64,000 nucleotides of DNA, taken from the NCBI GenBank assembly GCA_000165425.1, contig CT867996.1, positions 62,001-126,000 of the forward strand, read 5' to 3'. Positions 1 through 13,157 of this stretch are shown here, in pieces. Origin of the DNA: Paramecium tetraurelia (lineage: Eukaryota). Under the pieces are notes generated by a model. It searched no databases. It was not told the origin of the DNA and was given only the letters and a program-made list of their open reading frames with translations. Position 1 is the stretch's first letter. Each line of letters starts with the position of its first letter. The translations under genes were made by a program, and so were the position numbers.

Positions 1-37
1 TTCATTTCTCATAGTCTTTTTAATTAAATAACAATAT

Positions 38-766
38 TCAGGGTTTAACATTTTTTATTATTAAATTTTCTATAGAATTGTCGGTGTTTTTAATCATATA
101 TAGTATGCTGTCCAAACAATCTCTCAAGATGGTATAGAAGTCCAAATCATTAATTTTCAGTGACATTCTGCTTAGCTATAAATTATAGTAGTCATCTTTG
201 TAATTGGTCAGGTAGTGTTTCTTTATTTATTGATGCAATTATTGTAGTGAATTTCTGATTTCATTACTAATAATTTATAAATTCTAGCATTTAAGATAAT
301 TAAGTGAAGTTTGGATTTGATTCTTTTCATATTTCAGTTATTCATTATCTTTAATTATAAGTTAACATTGCTCCTCCAACTTTTCCATTTGAGGTTAGAG
401 GTTGTTAAATTATGTAAGCTGTTTCATTAGACTTTTGTTTTACAAATCCAATTGTGTAATTTTATTTTGCTATTCTCTAATGATGCCATCTTTCTATAAT
501 AATATAGTTAAGAGTTGTTTTTTTTCTCTTTAAATTTATTCGAGTATTAGTGCATAACTATGGGTTTAAGTTAATTTCTTATCTTGTTGTTGATGCTTGA
601 TTTCTGGCTTAGTGAAAGTAGTTTAAGATTTTTTTAATAGATCGTCGATCTTGGAATTGACTTCAGTCAGACGGGAATTGCTTTGAGGAGTTTGGATAGT
701 GGTCAGAGGATTGGATCTAAATGATAAGTTGGTTAAATGAGTAGAGGTAGATCTGGAAAACTTCAT
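38..766 (-). CDS. Hypothetical coiled-coil protein (242 aa)
   Basis: Intronless code-6 ORF MKFSRSTSTHLTNLSF...QPQMEKLEEQCQLIIKDNEQLK...VKP-TGA; rich in Q/K/E/L heptads. Confidence 0.75.
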
Positions 767-877
767 TTAGAGGTTGTTATAATTTGTATTTTAATTTATA
801 CTTGAATTAAAAGAGGATGAGCGATAGTGTTGATATATTAGTTTATATAAATAAATAGGTGATTAAATATATAAATA

Positions 878-3160
878 ATGAATTTCACAATAAATGAAAT
901 ACGGAAATCGGGGACTCATGTAAATTAATTTATTATGACAGACAGAAGAAGAACTCAATCAACTAACATTGGATGAGAACATGGGGGAGTTGAGAAGAGC
1001 ACAATACATTCTTTAGAGAGGTCATCCAATTTAAAAATATGCAGTATGATAGATAGTAATTAGATTTACTCAAACATCCACAGGCTATTTAAAGTGAGTG
1101 GATTTAGTTTATTATTTCCCATAATTAACGAGGATTTGGTGAAGTAAGACGAAGACACAATTGCAATAGCCACAAAGGAATTTTTGTTGATTGCAAGGTA
1201 GATGAAAGAGAAGGAGTAACAGATATTGCTTAATCAAACATTTCATTTTATGAAGAATTACAATTTGAAATTGGCAGAAGGATGGTTTGAGTTATTTGAG
1301 ATGTTGTATTGTTGCGACATTCACAATTCAATTAAATTGATAAATGAGTTAACCGATATTGAGGCTGACACACATTGGCGTTAGAGAGGAGCTCGACTGC
1401 TACAGTATATACCATAGATCGAGAGAATACAATTACTTTGTATGGACAAGGATCCTCAGGTAAGGTTTGAGATTGTGAAGACAATATAGATTGTTTACTG
1501 TAGTTTTACTCCTGAGAAGTTTAGTACTTATTTGCAGATGAAGGTATATAAATAATATAACAATGAAGATTTTTGAGTTGATTTATGATTATGAAGTACA
1601 AGTAAGGATGGCAGCAATTGAGATGTTTTTTATGGTTTAATCTCATTTATAAGATAGGGAAAAAATGATTACAAAATAATTCTTTGAATTCCTAAGTTCC
1701 CAGAATGTATAAATTATAACAATAATGTCAAGAATATGTGGGAAAGTATTAATGGAAATCATGGATGTAAAACCTGATATTTAAAAATTTCTAAAAGTGT
1801 TCATTTCATTTGCTGAAAGCACAAATGAGGAATATCGAATTAACTTTGCCTACAATTTTCCTGCCATTCTTCAAATCCTAAAGGGAGAATGCTATGATTA
1901 ACTAAAAGAAACTTATTTACGATTGTTACAATTTGATACATCGACTCAAGTTAAGAACTTACTCCTGGCAAGCATCCCAGATGTGATCTCTACCTTGAAA
2001 ATTCATAAGACTCAATCAATGATACCTTTGATTCGTAAAATGCTAGATCATCCAATAATATAATACAATCTATATTCAATAATCTATGCTCTTTGGCCAA
2101 GCTATGATTAACAGGAACAATTGATTCTATCAGTAATAATACATTAAAATGACATAGAAAATGTTGGTGAATGATATACTCATAGACTTAGTGAAATAGG
2201 TTAATTGTAAGCCCAGTGTTGTACTGCTAGAGTAATTACTAAAGTAAAATTGCATAATATATACAGAGACTTCACGAGTTCTTCCAATAATGCGATGCTT
2301 ACCTGTTATTGTTGACTCCTCTTTTGAATTTATTGTCGGCAGATTCCTTAAATATTAGAAACTTGGCAGTTCAGAACATAGCTTATCTTGCATATCATGA
2401 TCAGTAAAGAATATCTATAATTCATAGATCCATAAACAGTCAAATGATTAACTTGTGTATGAATAGTAACAAGTTCAGAATGCGTATCTGTTACATAGAA
2501 TTCATATCTTAAACTATTGATCTATGTTCTAAGAGATATTTCCATCTAAATAATTTTATCAACATATTGGCACTCAGTCAAGATAAGATCTTCGAAGTTC
2601 GTATTAAACTCAGTCGTATCATGAAAAAGATATAAACGATCATTTTAGATAATGATGAGACTGCGTGCATTGCTTATGATTAAGCTATTAAACGGCTTTC
2701 ACGTGATCCAATCATCAATGATGTAATTAGTAATTTCAATTGAGTGTAGATTCTTAAGTAGAATGAATCATTGTAATTTTCCTTTGGAGATGATTTGCTA
2801 AAAGAATAAAAAGAACATTTGTGTTTTGCTAGGATTTCAGCTGATGATATTGATGCTACTGAAAAAAATGAACACACTGGATCCATTTCACCATTTATTA
2901 TTAAGTCTAAGAATGGATATGGACATAGTCGAAAACGATCATCAATCACTCGTCAACCCATCAATAGATCTTAACCAAATGCTTCCTTTACTTAAAAACT
3001 TACTCAAATTTAAACTAAATACAATCCTATCAAAATTTCTGAAGACATGAGTCGTAGAACCTCTGTTCCTCCTGTTCCTGGTCGAAAATTACAACTCGCT
3101 TTAAAACCAACCAATACTCAATTCAAACCCAAATTAAACTAATAACGATTGAGAAAATGA
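878..3160 (+). CDS. PPP4R4: Protein phosphatase 4 regulatory subunit 4-like HEAT-repeat protein
   Basis: After removing tiny introns (e.g. 920-941, 2244-2268) it reads EEELNQLTLDENMGELRRAQYIL, LCMDKDPQVR, LIYDYEVQVRMAAIE, RINFAYNFPAIL and LSQDKIFEVRIKL, matching remembered PP4R4 motifs in the same order. Confidence 0.75.
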
Positions 3161-3179
3161 ATAATTATATTATTATTAA

Positions 3180-4409
3180 ATGGACTCTGCACCCAAAAAG
3201 AAAAAGTCTGTCTCTTCTAAATAAGACAAATCCTAAGCAGGTAGTGTCAAATCCAAGAAGTAATAACCTCCTGGTGAAATACTGGAATAATAACGTATAC
3301 TACAATTCAAATGTTAGACTCATAACATGATATTCAAATTGATGATCATCCCCAATAGCCTGATCCCTTTATTTCTCAACCTCCTTAACAACTAGTCAAA
3401 GTTTGCATTCATCACAATCTCCCATTCCAGTTTTTCTGTGAAGCATGCGAAGATCCTATTTGTTAACAATGTACCATCTTAGGTCCTCATAACACCTAAT
3501 TACATAGAATTAATAGGTTAAGTGATTCTTTCAAATTGCGATGTGCTAAAATTGAAGAATCCATAAAAGCCAATTTATTAGGGAAAAGAGAATAGCTGTT
3601 AGCATAAATTCATAGAGTAAATTTGACTATCTATTTTTTAGATAGAATATAGAATTGAAGAGATTAAGTATGTCAAAACTATCGTTGAAAGAGATGCAAG
3701 AGCAGAATTTGGTGGAGTCTTAGAAAGATTAAAATAGAGTGAAGGATAAAAATTGGCAATCCTAAGTCATGAGATATCTGAATTATAAAGGTATTAATTT
3801 ATAGTCATTTGTAGAGACTTGGATAAAATAAATGAAGTAGGATCGTAATTTTATGATCTCAAGGAGATTCCTGATCCTTGTCCTTTCCTTTTGAAATCAA
3901 GAAACATCTATGATTAGATTGAATATATGGTTGCCAAACCATTTAAGGTTTAAATAGAGGTCTATCCATATGATTTGCCAAGAGAATTAACTGAATTGAG
4001 ATTGCAATTACAGAAAGCATCTGCTTAATAATAATTGATCGAATTCAAAAATGAAATTATTTGGAAGCTATTGAGTGAAAAGTAGATCGATGAAGAGGCT
4101 ATTAAGTAATTAGTTATTCATATAAGTTTGATAGATAGGAATTGGAGAGATAAGCAAGTGAAGAAATAAGTGAGTGGAGTAAATTAGTTGATAAATTCTC
4201 ATAAGAATTGAGAAAACAATAATTAGTATGCTATTATTGTGGATGCAAAATGGAAAAACAATATGTTAATTCAATCTGTGCATAAAACAGACAAGAATAA
4301 GATTGTAAAAATATTTAAGAGTTTAGATGATAAAGTATTTTGTAATGAACAACCCCCATAAAACCATAATGGAACTAGTAGACATTACTTTGCAGATCCA
4401 ATTTTATGA
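3180..4409 (+). CDS. B-box zinc finger / coiled-coil protein
   Basis: CIHHNLPFQFFCEACEDPICQQCTILGPH is a B-box, followed by a coiled coil and a C-terminal CYYCGC; several tiny introns. Confidence 0.8.
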
Positions 4410-4563
4410 ATCTATATTATATCTATTGATTTTTAATATTCATACCAATTAATAATAATATCAATTAAGCCAATGTTGTTAGTATACTGATATATCATTT
4501 ATTCTATAAAATACAATATTTATTTGATTAAGTTTATATAAACAATCATATAAAATTAATATT

Positions 4564-5461
4564 ATGAACATTTATACTATAGTAGAATTAATTAAACTCT
4601 CCGAATAACGAGGTGTCGAATTACTTATTGATGCCTTGATAGTTGGGATAGAAATGGGGAGAAGGAACATTGAGAATCAAACGCAAATTCAAAAAATTGT
4701 TGAATTACTAACATTATTGAAACGAAAGATAGATTTAAACATCTACTCTCCTTTTCTAAGGGATGAGATATTTGATAGAGTGCTCAATAAGAAAGAGAAA
4801 GTATCATAAACTATCTATTCATAAGTTAGAAGATATTCTATATGGTATTCAACTAGAGTTCCAAAGATAATCGAAGATTAAACAACAAAATAATATTTGT
4901 GAAATTTGCAGTCAACCTGTTAATAGTCAAATGGAGAAATTCAATGCTCAATGCAATCATCAATTTCATTAGTAGTGTGTGACTCCTCTGTTAACTCATG
5001 TTATGGAAAATTAAAATAGCTTCAGATGTCCTTTGTGTGGTCATACTACTTTACAACAGGATTTGGAAAACAAAATAAAAGACAATATAACTTTTAAAAA
5101 ATCTTGTTGTCCTACTCCGTAATGCGGCAAACGATTCTCATATGTTGGATAAGAAATTTATAGATGCACTGATTGTGGCAAGAGATATTGCTTAAAATGT
5201 CAATCACAAAGTCATGCAATTAATCAACAGAATCATACTGTCAAGGCTGTCAAATTTGAAATGGGTGATAATTATAAGGAATGTCCAAAATGCAAATTAT
5301 GGGTAAAATAAATGAATGCAGAAAGAATATTGAATTGTCAATAATGTAAATACAAATTTTGTTTTGGTTGTGGTGATAGAGATGGTGCATGTTCTTGCAA
5401 TAAAGTTAACGGAGCCTTTTATAATAGCTATATGTGGATAAAAAAGAAGATAATAGGATGA
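4564..5461 (+). CDS. RING-IBR-RING (RBR) domain protein lacking the RING2 catalytic Cys
   Basis: RING1 CEIC...CNHQFHQQC...CPLC, IBR CPTPQC...CTDC...CLKC..H, RING2 CPKC-x14-CQQC...FCFGC; one 25-nt intron (4801-4825). Confidence 0.8.
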
Positions 5462-5526
5462 TATGATAATGCATATATAATTGTATTTATTGAACTTCTT
5501 TTTAATTAATCAATTTTTAATAATAA

Positions 5527-6956
5527 ATGAGTTTTTAAGGTTTTTTAGTGAAGAAAACAATTTAACAGTTTCCAATTCGATAGAGACCTGTATATTACGA
5601 GGACTACACAGATTAAAACCTAGTACTCTTCATTAATAAGAAATTGGCTGATTTAAGATGTATTGTTTAGAAATAGTAGTTAAAAGTGGCAGCAACGATC
5701 TATCGGCAAAGCGCATCATGAATTTAAAGATTAAGATTCCTAAGGATAAAAATACTGATGGTCCAAAGATGAAGAGGAAGGCTTCTCTTAAATAAAAAAC
5801 CGTCTCTGAAGATGAGTCAGAAAAGAAAACTAAGTACAAATTCCGATCTCCATAAGCAAAACCTGAAGTAAAACTTGCTTCATAACTAAATGATGAATTG
5901 CTTAAATAACATTAAATCTCATAGTTATTCCAAGAGTACAAACTAGCAAATTTGAAGGCAAATCTAGTGAGATTGAAATCAAAGAAAAATTATGAATTGA
6001 ACGAATTGAATCATATAGAATTGGAAGATGATGAACAAGTCAAGTTCTTTCTGTAGGAGATATGCAAGAATCATCCTGAAATTGAAGTTAGTCAATTACT
6101 ACAAGTAGATGTTGAAAAGAAGTAAATAAAAATGGAGAGTCAGAAATAAACATTGCAAGAATTAATTGAGAAGCGTATTAAGTAAGAACAAAATGAAAAT
6201 TTGGTCAAGATGGAACAACAATACTAAAAGAACTTAGTAAACATATACAAAGAAACCAGATATGATTAATTTGAACCCGAATTCAAAAAGCAAGGATAAA
6301 TCAATATTTGTAAAATCAAGAAACAGAAAGAGACTTAAGACAAAATGTTCTCGGAGATCTTCAAAGTCAAACATCCCACATCTGAACACAATTAAAAACA
6401 ACATTATTTTCGTAGACAATATGTTACCCCCACTAAAAAACATCAAGCTGCCAAATCATAATAATTCTAAAACAATATCTTTCTTTCTTAACCAGATACT
6501 ATTTAAATTACTCCTCAAACCTCAATCATCAATGAATTCAAAGTAAGTCCCCTCACTACCTCCGTTGGAACTTACAGTGATATCAAGTCTCCTCTGAATT
6601 CTTATAGGAAAAATGATTTCAGTTTAAAGTTGAAAACCATTATGGACAAATGTGACATCATTGAAGTCGAATAAGCCAAACATAATGAAATCATTAAGAA
6701 AAAAATGAATAAGATGGGAAAAGAGATGTATCATCATTTCGAAACTGCCAGAAACAGATACCAAAATCAAGAAATGGAAATTGATGTCAATGAAGGTTTT
6801 GAACGCTTCTTATAAGAAAATCAATTTAAAAGGAAATTGATACAATATCAGGTGAATTAAGTTCAAAATCTCCATGAAGTTCTAAGTTAAAGGGCTAAAA
6901 GAGAAATGACCAATAATTTTATGGGTACAGATTTAGACAAAAGACAATTAATTTGA
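5527..6956 (+). CDS. Hypothetical K/E/Q-rich coiled-coil protein
   Basis: Long code-6 ORF open to TGA 6954-6956 after one 20-nt intron; no recognisable domain. Confidence 0.75.
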
Positions 6957-7005
6957 TTTAAGAAATAAAATTATTTTATAATAATAATAATAAATATAAG
7001 TTAAA

Positions 7006-8610
7006 ATGTCTGAATAAAGTTCAGATGATAGTGATGAATCACCAAAGTTAATCTAACCCAATAGACAAAGAAAGCATCTATCAGAGATTGACGTTCTTAT
7101 TGCTACCTTATAAATAGAACCAAAACAAAGGAGTTGGCAATAATTGAAGTTTCTTTGTGATACTTTTGAATAAAATGTCCATTACTTTTCTTAATTACGT
7201 AATAAACTTACAACTTCAATTCTTATTAAACTAATGGCTACTATTTCACTAGAATAATTTACGTCATTTAATGTCGTTTTTAATTAAGGGGAAACTGGGA
7301 GAAAAATGTATATCATATTGAAAGGGGAAGTGGCAGTTCTTATAAAGACAGATGATCAAAATGAGGTAATTCAAAAGGAGGATCATAGACGAAGAAGTAA
7401 GTTATTGTAATAATTAGGGGCAACCAAAACATTTGATGAATTGATATTGCATAAGTTTTCTAACTATCGAATTGTAGCTTATAAGAAACAATATGACTAC
7501 TTTGGAGAAATAGCAATTGAGTAGAGGATTCCTCGCACAGCTACAGTGATTGCCAAAGAGCCTTGTGTTTTTGCAATAATCACATTTGATGCTTATTAAT
7601 CTTTACTGAGCGAATTATAGGCTGACAATTTGTAATTGAGATAGGTCGTGATAGCAAGAATGTATCCATTTAATTTGTTAAATGAATAACAGTTTTAACA
7701 GATTTTACACAATTATGAGGAACTAAATATACAAGGTGGTTGTTTGTTATATAGAGAACAATAGAATGCAGATGCGATATATTTGGTAATTAAGGGAGAA
7801 GTGTTAGTGCAGATTAAGGAATTAGTTGATAATGCTGCTGCTTAGGTTCAAGAATAGAAATATTTTGTGAATTTCTAAAAGTAACAGAGAATCAAAAATA
7901 TCGGTCTATTTGGGACAGGATAAATAGTGGGAGATTATGAATTGTATTTACAAAAGAAATACAAGCATAAGCTGATAAGGAGGACCATAGCAATAGTTAA
8001 AAGTGACTCTAGAATTATCAGGATTCCCTTGAAATAATTTGTAGACGTAATAGAACATGGGCTATCAGCAAAATGGCTATTACGTTATGTAAATGAGAAG
8101 TATGAATAGAAGGAGCAGTTACCAATATTATAATTAAAGGATGAGTAGGAGAATAGGAAAGTGTAATCGTTCATATCACCTCAATTCAAAAAAATGATTC
8201 TTCGATTGAAGAAACATCATGATCGCAATAAAATTTCGAGTGATCGATATTAATAGATCATTTACAAACAGAATGTGGAGGATGGGAATAATGAGTAATA
8301 GTTTACTGGATTAAAGAAGGAAATAAATTATTAGGATAAATCATTGCTAAAGTATTTAGCTAAGGATCAGATTTTACATAAGAGGAAGAGCAATACTCTG
8401 ACTAATTTTAGTATTGACAAGTTCGCCTCGACTTTAAAATCTAGGGTTAGATTCACTAAATTATTAACATAAATAGATGAGGAGACAAGTTGTTACAGAT
8501 TTCATTCTACTCCAACTAAAACGAATGGGTTCTTATCTAAATAGACTCAAACTCTTACTAATATTCAATCTCCATAATATAAATTCAACTAAACATTCAG
8601 AATGAATTGA
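7006..8610 (+). CDS. Cyclic nucleotide-binding domain protein (two CNB domains, no catalytic domain)
   Basis: VFNQGETGRKMYIILKGEV...FGEIAIEQRIPRTATVIAKEPC, plus a second degenerate CNB (ADAIYLVIKGEV...VGDYEL). Confidence 0.85.
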
Positions 8611-8631
8611 CTATTATTTATTTATCAATTT

Positions 8632-10376
8632 ATGTATAAAAAATAATCAGCTAGACCTGATTCATCGAAACATAATAAATTAGTGATCGCTGTAAACTAA
8701 TTGATAGAACAATAAGAACAACCCGAACAAATGGTAATATGAACACTTATCATTGTAAGTTACTAAAAAAGATCACTAACCTATGGTCAAACAAACAGAG
8801 TTCTGAACATGATCAGAATATCCAATATTAACGATGCCTTTACATCTTACAATTAGAACCAGACGATAGATCATAAAGTCAAGCCAAATAAGTTTAAGCC
8901 TATTTTGAGAAGCATTTCCATTACATAGGGTATTAACTTACACATATGCAAGATAAATACGAGGATAACTATCACCAGAACTTTATTTAAAGTTATTCAA
9001 GAATCTCTTATTTGAGAGAGTGAACTAATTTGAATTAGTCTTCAATTATGGTGAAAAGGGAAGGAAGATGTATTTTATTTTGGAAGGTGAAGTAGGTATC
9101 TTATTACCTTAAGAAAATGAATCATAAACTGAACGTAAATTAGATCGTAATTAAATTACTAATAATGTAAGTGTCAGCAATCAAACGATTTGATGAGTTA
9201 TTATTGCACAATTACAGCAATCATAAATTAGTTGCCATAAAAAAGAAATCAGATCATTTTGGTGAAATTGCTATTGAATAAAGAGTCCCTAGAACAGCTA
9301 CAGTAGTTGCCAAAACAGAATGTATATTTGCCACATTATCTTATGATGCATATCAGAGTGTTCTTGGATTATTGCAAGAACAAATCATGAAAAGGAAATT
9401 CGAAATCATTCGATCAATTCCTCCATTTAAAAATTGGGTACACACCTCCTAATATGTGTTTTTACATAATTGCGAAGAACACACCTTTGAAACAAATAAC
9501 ATCATTTACAAAAGATTCAATAAATGTGATTCCGTTTATTTGATCATAGAAGGAGAAATCCTAGTGCAGAAATGGGAATAGTATCGACTAGACTCAGAAG
9601 AGAATGAAGTATTCTTACCGTAAGGTGAAAAAATGACTACATTGGGTAGGTATTCAAATGGCCAAGTAGTAGGGGATTATGAAGTGTATTTAACCAAAAT
9701 GCAATAGAATTAAGTCAAGAGATCCTCTTAAGCCAAATGTATGGTTAAAACTTCAGTTCTACGAGTTCCCATTCAATAGTACATAGAGAATATGCGTAAT
9801 AACCAAACTGAGGAATGGCTATAATAGTATTACGAAGACAAGTTCAGCAAGAAATGGATTAATTATGAAAGTGTAACATCACTTCAGAAAAGTGCATCAG
9901 TTCCAATTAAGAATTAATATATACTCCCAAATGCAAATTAGAAAAGCACTCATATTTTGCGTAAAATTTCTTAACCTTGTACTTCAAAATTTATTGAATG
10001 CTCTTCTAACTATAATGATAATTAGGTTGTTACGTATTCATAAGATTTATTAAACCTTATGAAGTAGAATAGGAAATATAGAGACAATTCTCAAAATTAA
10101 AAAAATAATCACTCTGTTCACTCTTCCTATAATATTATTTAGAATCTAAAAAATAAAATTTTGAACTATTAAGATAGGTTTTAATTGGAAAGCAGAAGTG
10201 GAGTACAATCTTAGAGCATATTCGATAGAAAGAGATGCCAATCTCGTATAGACGTTGATAGTTTTTAAACATAATTCCTTTTGAAGCCGAGTACTTGTTC
10301 TTAAAAGAAACGAACAAAATTTAAGAGCATGCATAAGTTCGAATATTTGTCTAAAGTGATTAAAATGGGATCTTGA
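8632..10376 (+). CDS. Cyclic nucleotide-binding domain protein, tandem paralog of 7006-8610
   Basis: VFNYGEKGRKMYFILEGEV...FGEIAIEQRVPRTATVVAKTEC and a second CNB CDSVYLIIEGEI...VGDYEV; tiny introns. Confidence 0.85.
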
Positions 10377-10413
10377 TTACTTTATATAATTTTATCTTCA
10401 TTTATAAACTTCA

Positions 10414-11042
10414 ATGATACATTCAGAGGAAGAGAGTGTCAATAGTTTCACACCTGGATCGTAATATACATTCGTTATAAGTAGGCAAGACTAAAACCTT
10501 GAAGAGCATAAAAATAAGGACTCTAAAAAATATGCCATAATTGATTAATCTATTCGTGTTCAATTACTACGCCGTATACTTTCAAAACAGGCAACAATTA
10601 AGGATGCTGCTAAAGAGTTTGGTGTTAATTTTTCAACTGCTAAGGCAATTTTGCAAACCTATAGGAAGGAAGGAAGAATAGGAAAGAAAAAAACAAGAGA
10701 AAGAAATAAAAACAGATAAGAATCAGGTGAAAATAGTTCTCCCAGAAAGATTTAATCGATGTATAACTTAGAATAGCCTCAATAAATGAGAACAAACTCT
10801 CCACAATAGAAACCACAAGCACCAGCCATTTAACCTATATTCTCAGTGATGAGCTCTCCAAATCTAGACAATCCTTAAGCATAAATAGCATTGGCTCTTT
10901 GTTAAAGGGAACTAGCTCAATAAAAACTAATTAATTTCTAATTAATGATGATGATTCAAGTAACTTAGAATCTTTATTAATTTAGAACTTCAAAAATATT
11001 TCGCAATTATAAGTCAAGGAAGAACCAAATATAATTAATTGA
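10414..11042 (+). CDS. Helix-turn-helix (homeodomain-like/transposase-type HTH) putative DNA-binding protein
   Basis: RVQLLRRILSKQATIKDAAKEFGVNFSTAKAILQTYRKEGRIGKKKTR, followed by a Q-rich tail; one intron near the 3' end. Confidence 0.75.
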
Positions 11043-11100
11043 ATTAATAATATATATATATATTATTTATCTATCTATCGTATTATATATACAACATTAA

Positions 11101-11778
11101 TCATTACTATTATTATGGAGCCCTTTCAGCTGATTGTAATTCTTCTAAAGAAATAGATAAAATCAATAAATACCCATTGGCATTTTCTTAACAAAAAACA
11201 ACATAGCCACAGTAATTGCAATCATGAAGAAATATTAATTTTGGTAGATCTATGACAAACTCAATTCATCTTCTTTCTATTGAGATATATGATATACAGT
11301 TTTACTTCAAAGTAATCTTTCCTTTGAATGATCTCAAATAACATTTAATCTCTTGTTTGTATTCTTTGTTACTTGGTTTATTATTATGATTTAGGTTTTT
11401 ATCTTAAGATTGGGTGAATTTTTGAAACTGCAACATTTGTACCTTTATTGCTGGTATAAACATCAATAAATGCGGATTCATAAACAAAATATCTTGAATG
11501 TACTTCTAGGAAGTATCTTCCATTTGGAATATTGTAGCTAGGATTAATGTTTAGAGAGATACAATGCAAAGATTCCATTCTTTTAGGTGTGTGTTTCATA
11601 TTGTCCATAATTGAGTGTTACTTTGAGAATGGGATCATCTTATACAAACTCTCTTTGTAATTCTTGTATATATATTGAAGAAGATGGTACATTAAAGAAC
11701 CTTGCCTTCGATTTTGGATTATGAAGCAAAAGCAATCATTGGAAAAGCAACGAGTAACAGGAGATGAAAAATGGCCAT
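11101..11778 (-). CDS. EMC7: ER membrane protein complex subunit 7-like
   Basis: Signal peptide MAIFHLLLLVAFPMIAFA; NGIFAFYNIPNGRYFLEVHSRYFVYE; QRKDYFE; single C-terminal TM FFMIAITVAMLFFVKKMP; ends QQQQ (TAA TAA TAG TAA) then TGA. Confidence 0.75.
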
Positions 11779-11812
11779 TTAATATATAATATTTATTTGT
11801 TATAATTTGAAA

Positions 11813-12433
11813 ATGGAACAAGGAATTGAATAATTAGGATTTAGTAATCGAAATAGATAAGTGGGATAGATAGTGAGTAGTGGAAAGAAGAAGAGTAAGA
11901 GTAATGATGAGGGATAGAAGATAATAAGATTGGATAAATTGAGATAGTAAATTGTGAGTTTGGAAATTGAAGCTAAGAAGCCTAAGTTGAAATTGAAGAA
12001 ACTAAATAGTGAAAACATGTTATTGATTGAGAAACAACAGTTGGAGGATGACATAAAAGAAATAAGTTAGAGATTAGAGAAAATGAAATAGATTAAGATA
12101 GTGAGTAAATAGTAATAGTGTGATTTGTTATAGGATAAATAAGTATGAATAATTGAAATTGTATAAATAGGATTTCGAGTAAAGGTGGAATAACATTTAG
12201 AAGGAGGATGAAATTTAAAGTTTTTAGGAAAGAATGCAAAGTACTTTATTGTTGATAATATTCTTTATTTGATACTAGCTCTACTCAACGAGGAGTAGGA
12301 ACCAAGTAATCATGATATTGAGATCTTGACCAAAGAAGTTGAAGAACTATTGTGTTTCAAAATAGATGATAAACCAATTAAGTACGATCTATTCACTATA
12401 GAAGAAGAATAATAAGATTAATCTTTTACTTGA
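11813..12433 (+). CDS. Hypothetical coiled-coil protein (basic N-half, acidic C-half)
   Basis: MEQGIEQLGFSNRN...LEDDIKEISQRLEKMKQ...; needs introns of 28 nt and 38 nt (12241-12278). Confidence 0.65.
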
Positions 12434-12435
12434 TT

Positions 12436-12440
<5 letters not shown>

Positions 12441-12470
<30 letters not shown>
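12441..12470. repeat. (AAT)10 microsatellite in a 47-bp intergenic gap
   Basis: Directly visible as aataataataataataataataataataat. Confidence 0.95.
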
Positions 12471-12471
<1 letters not shown>

Positions 12472-12480
12472 TATACAGAT

Positions 12481-13157
12481 ATGAAATGTTAGACAGTTGA
12501 AATTGACGATGATGATACTCTACTTGAAAATAGAGATGGATCCATTATACAGCGTACCAATTGCTGCTTACAACTCTAGTCGAACCGTATTCAAATGATG
12601 CCCAAATACACATCACTCAGAGAAATGTGGAAAGCGAAGATGAAGGTTCCCAGGCTGACTCTCTGGATGAATAGATCGGATAGGCGATTCCCTCTCTTGT
12701 TAATTCCATTCTTGAGATGATGCTCAAACAGCAACTCACAATTCTCATTATCGTAATCCTTCATGCCATTTTAAATACAATCTTTACATTCTTGGGTGTT
12801 TGTTTTAGACAAGATACAATAAATAAATTACAAGGCTTATTGGATTCCCAAGAGCGAGCCGAGTAACTCTATTGGTTTCTAACAGTAATTGACATCGTTA
12901 GTTGCCTCATCTTCTATTATTTGGCTATTTCAGCCTATAGAACTAAATCCTATTTGATGTATCAATTATTGCTCAAATGGGTTTATTATTGTTTCTTCAT
13001 CCAAGTGTTCTTGGCCTACATCAATAAGTACAATTATCACATTATTAGATTGAACATTTTATTGGTATTTCTGAAGATCCTGACATACATCTACTCAAAG
13101 TTTGTGGCCCAATTAATCAAAGGAATTGTGAATCTCCCTCGACAGAGAGCAGATTGA
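12481..13157 (+). CDS. Hypothetical multi-pass membrane protein
   Basis: Acidic N-terminus followed by about four hydrophobic segments (LTILIIVILHAILNTIFTFLGV; FLTVIDIVSCLIFYYLAI; WVYYCFFIQVFLAYI; LNILLVFLKILTYIY); one 26-nt intron. Confidence 0.75.

Noticed and set aside
2160..2245. Possible UGA readthrough in the PP4R4-like gene (GE*YTH, TGA 2172-2174, resembling KWRTH)
   Set aside because: Two 25-nt introns give a stop-free, HEAT-like translation (KMLVNDILIDLVKQ...LLEQLLKLHEFF), so no readthrough is needed.
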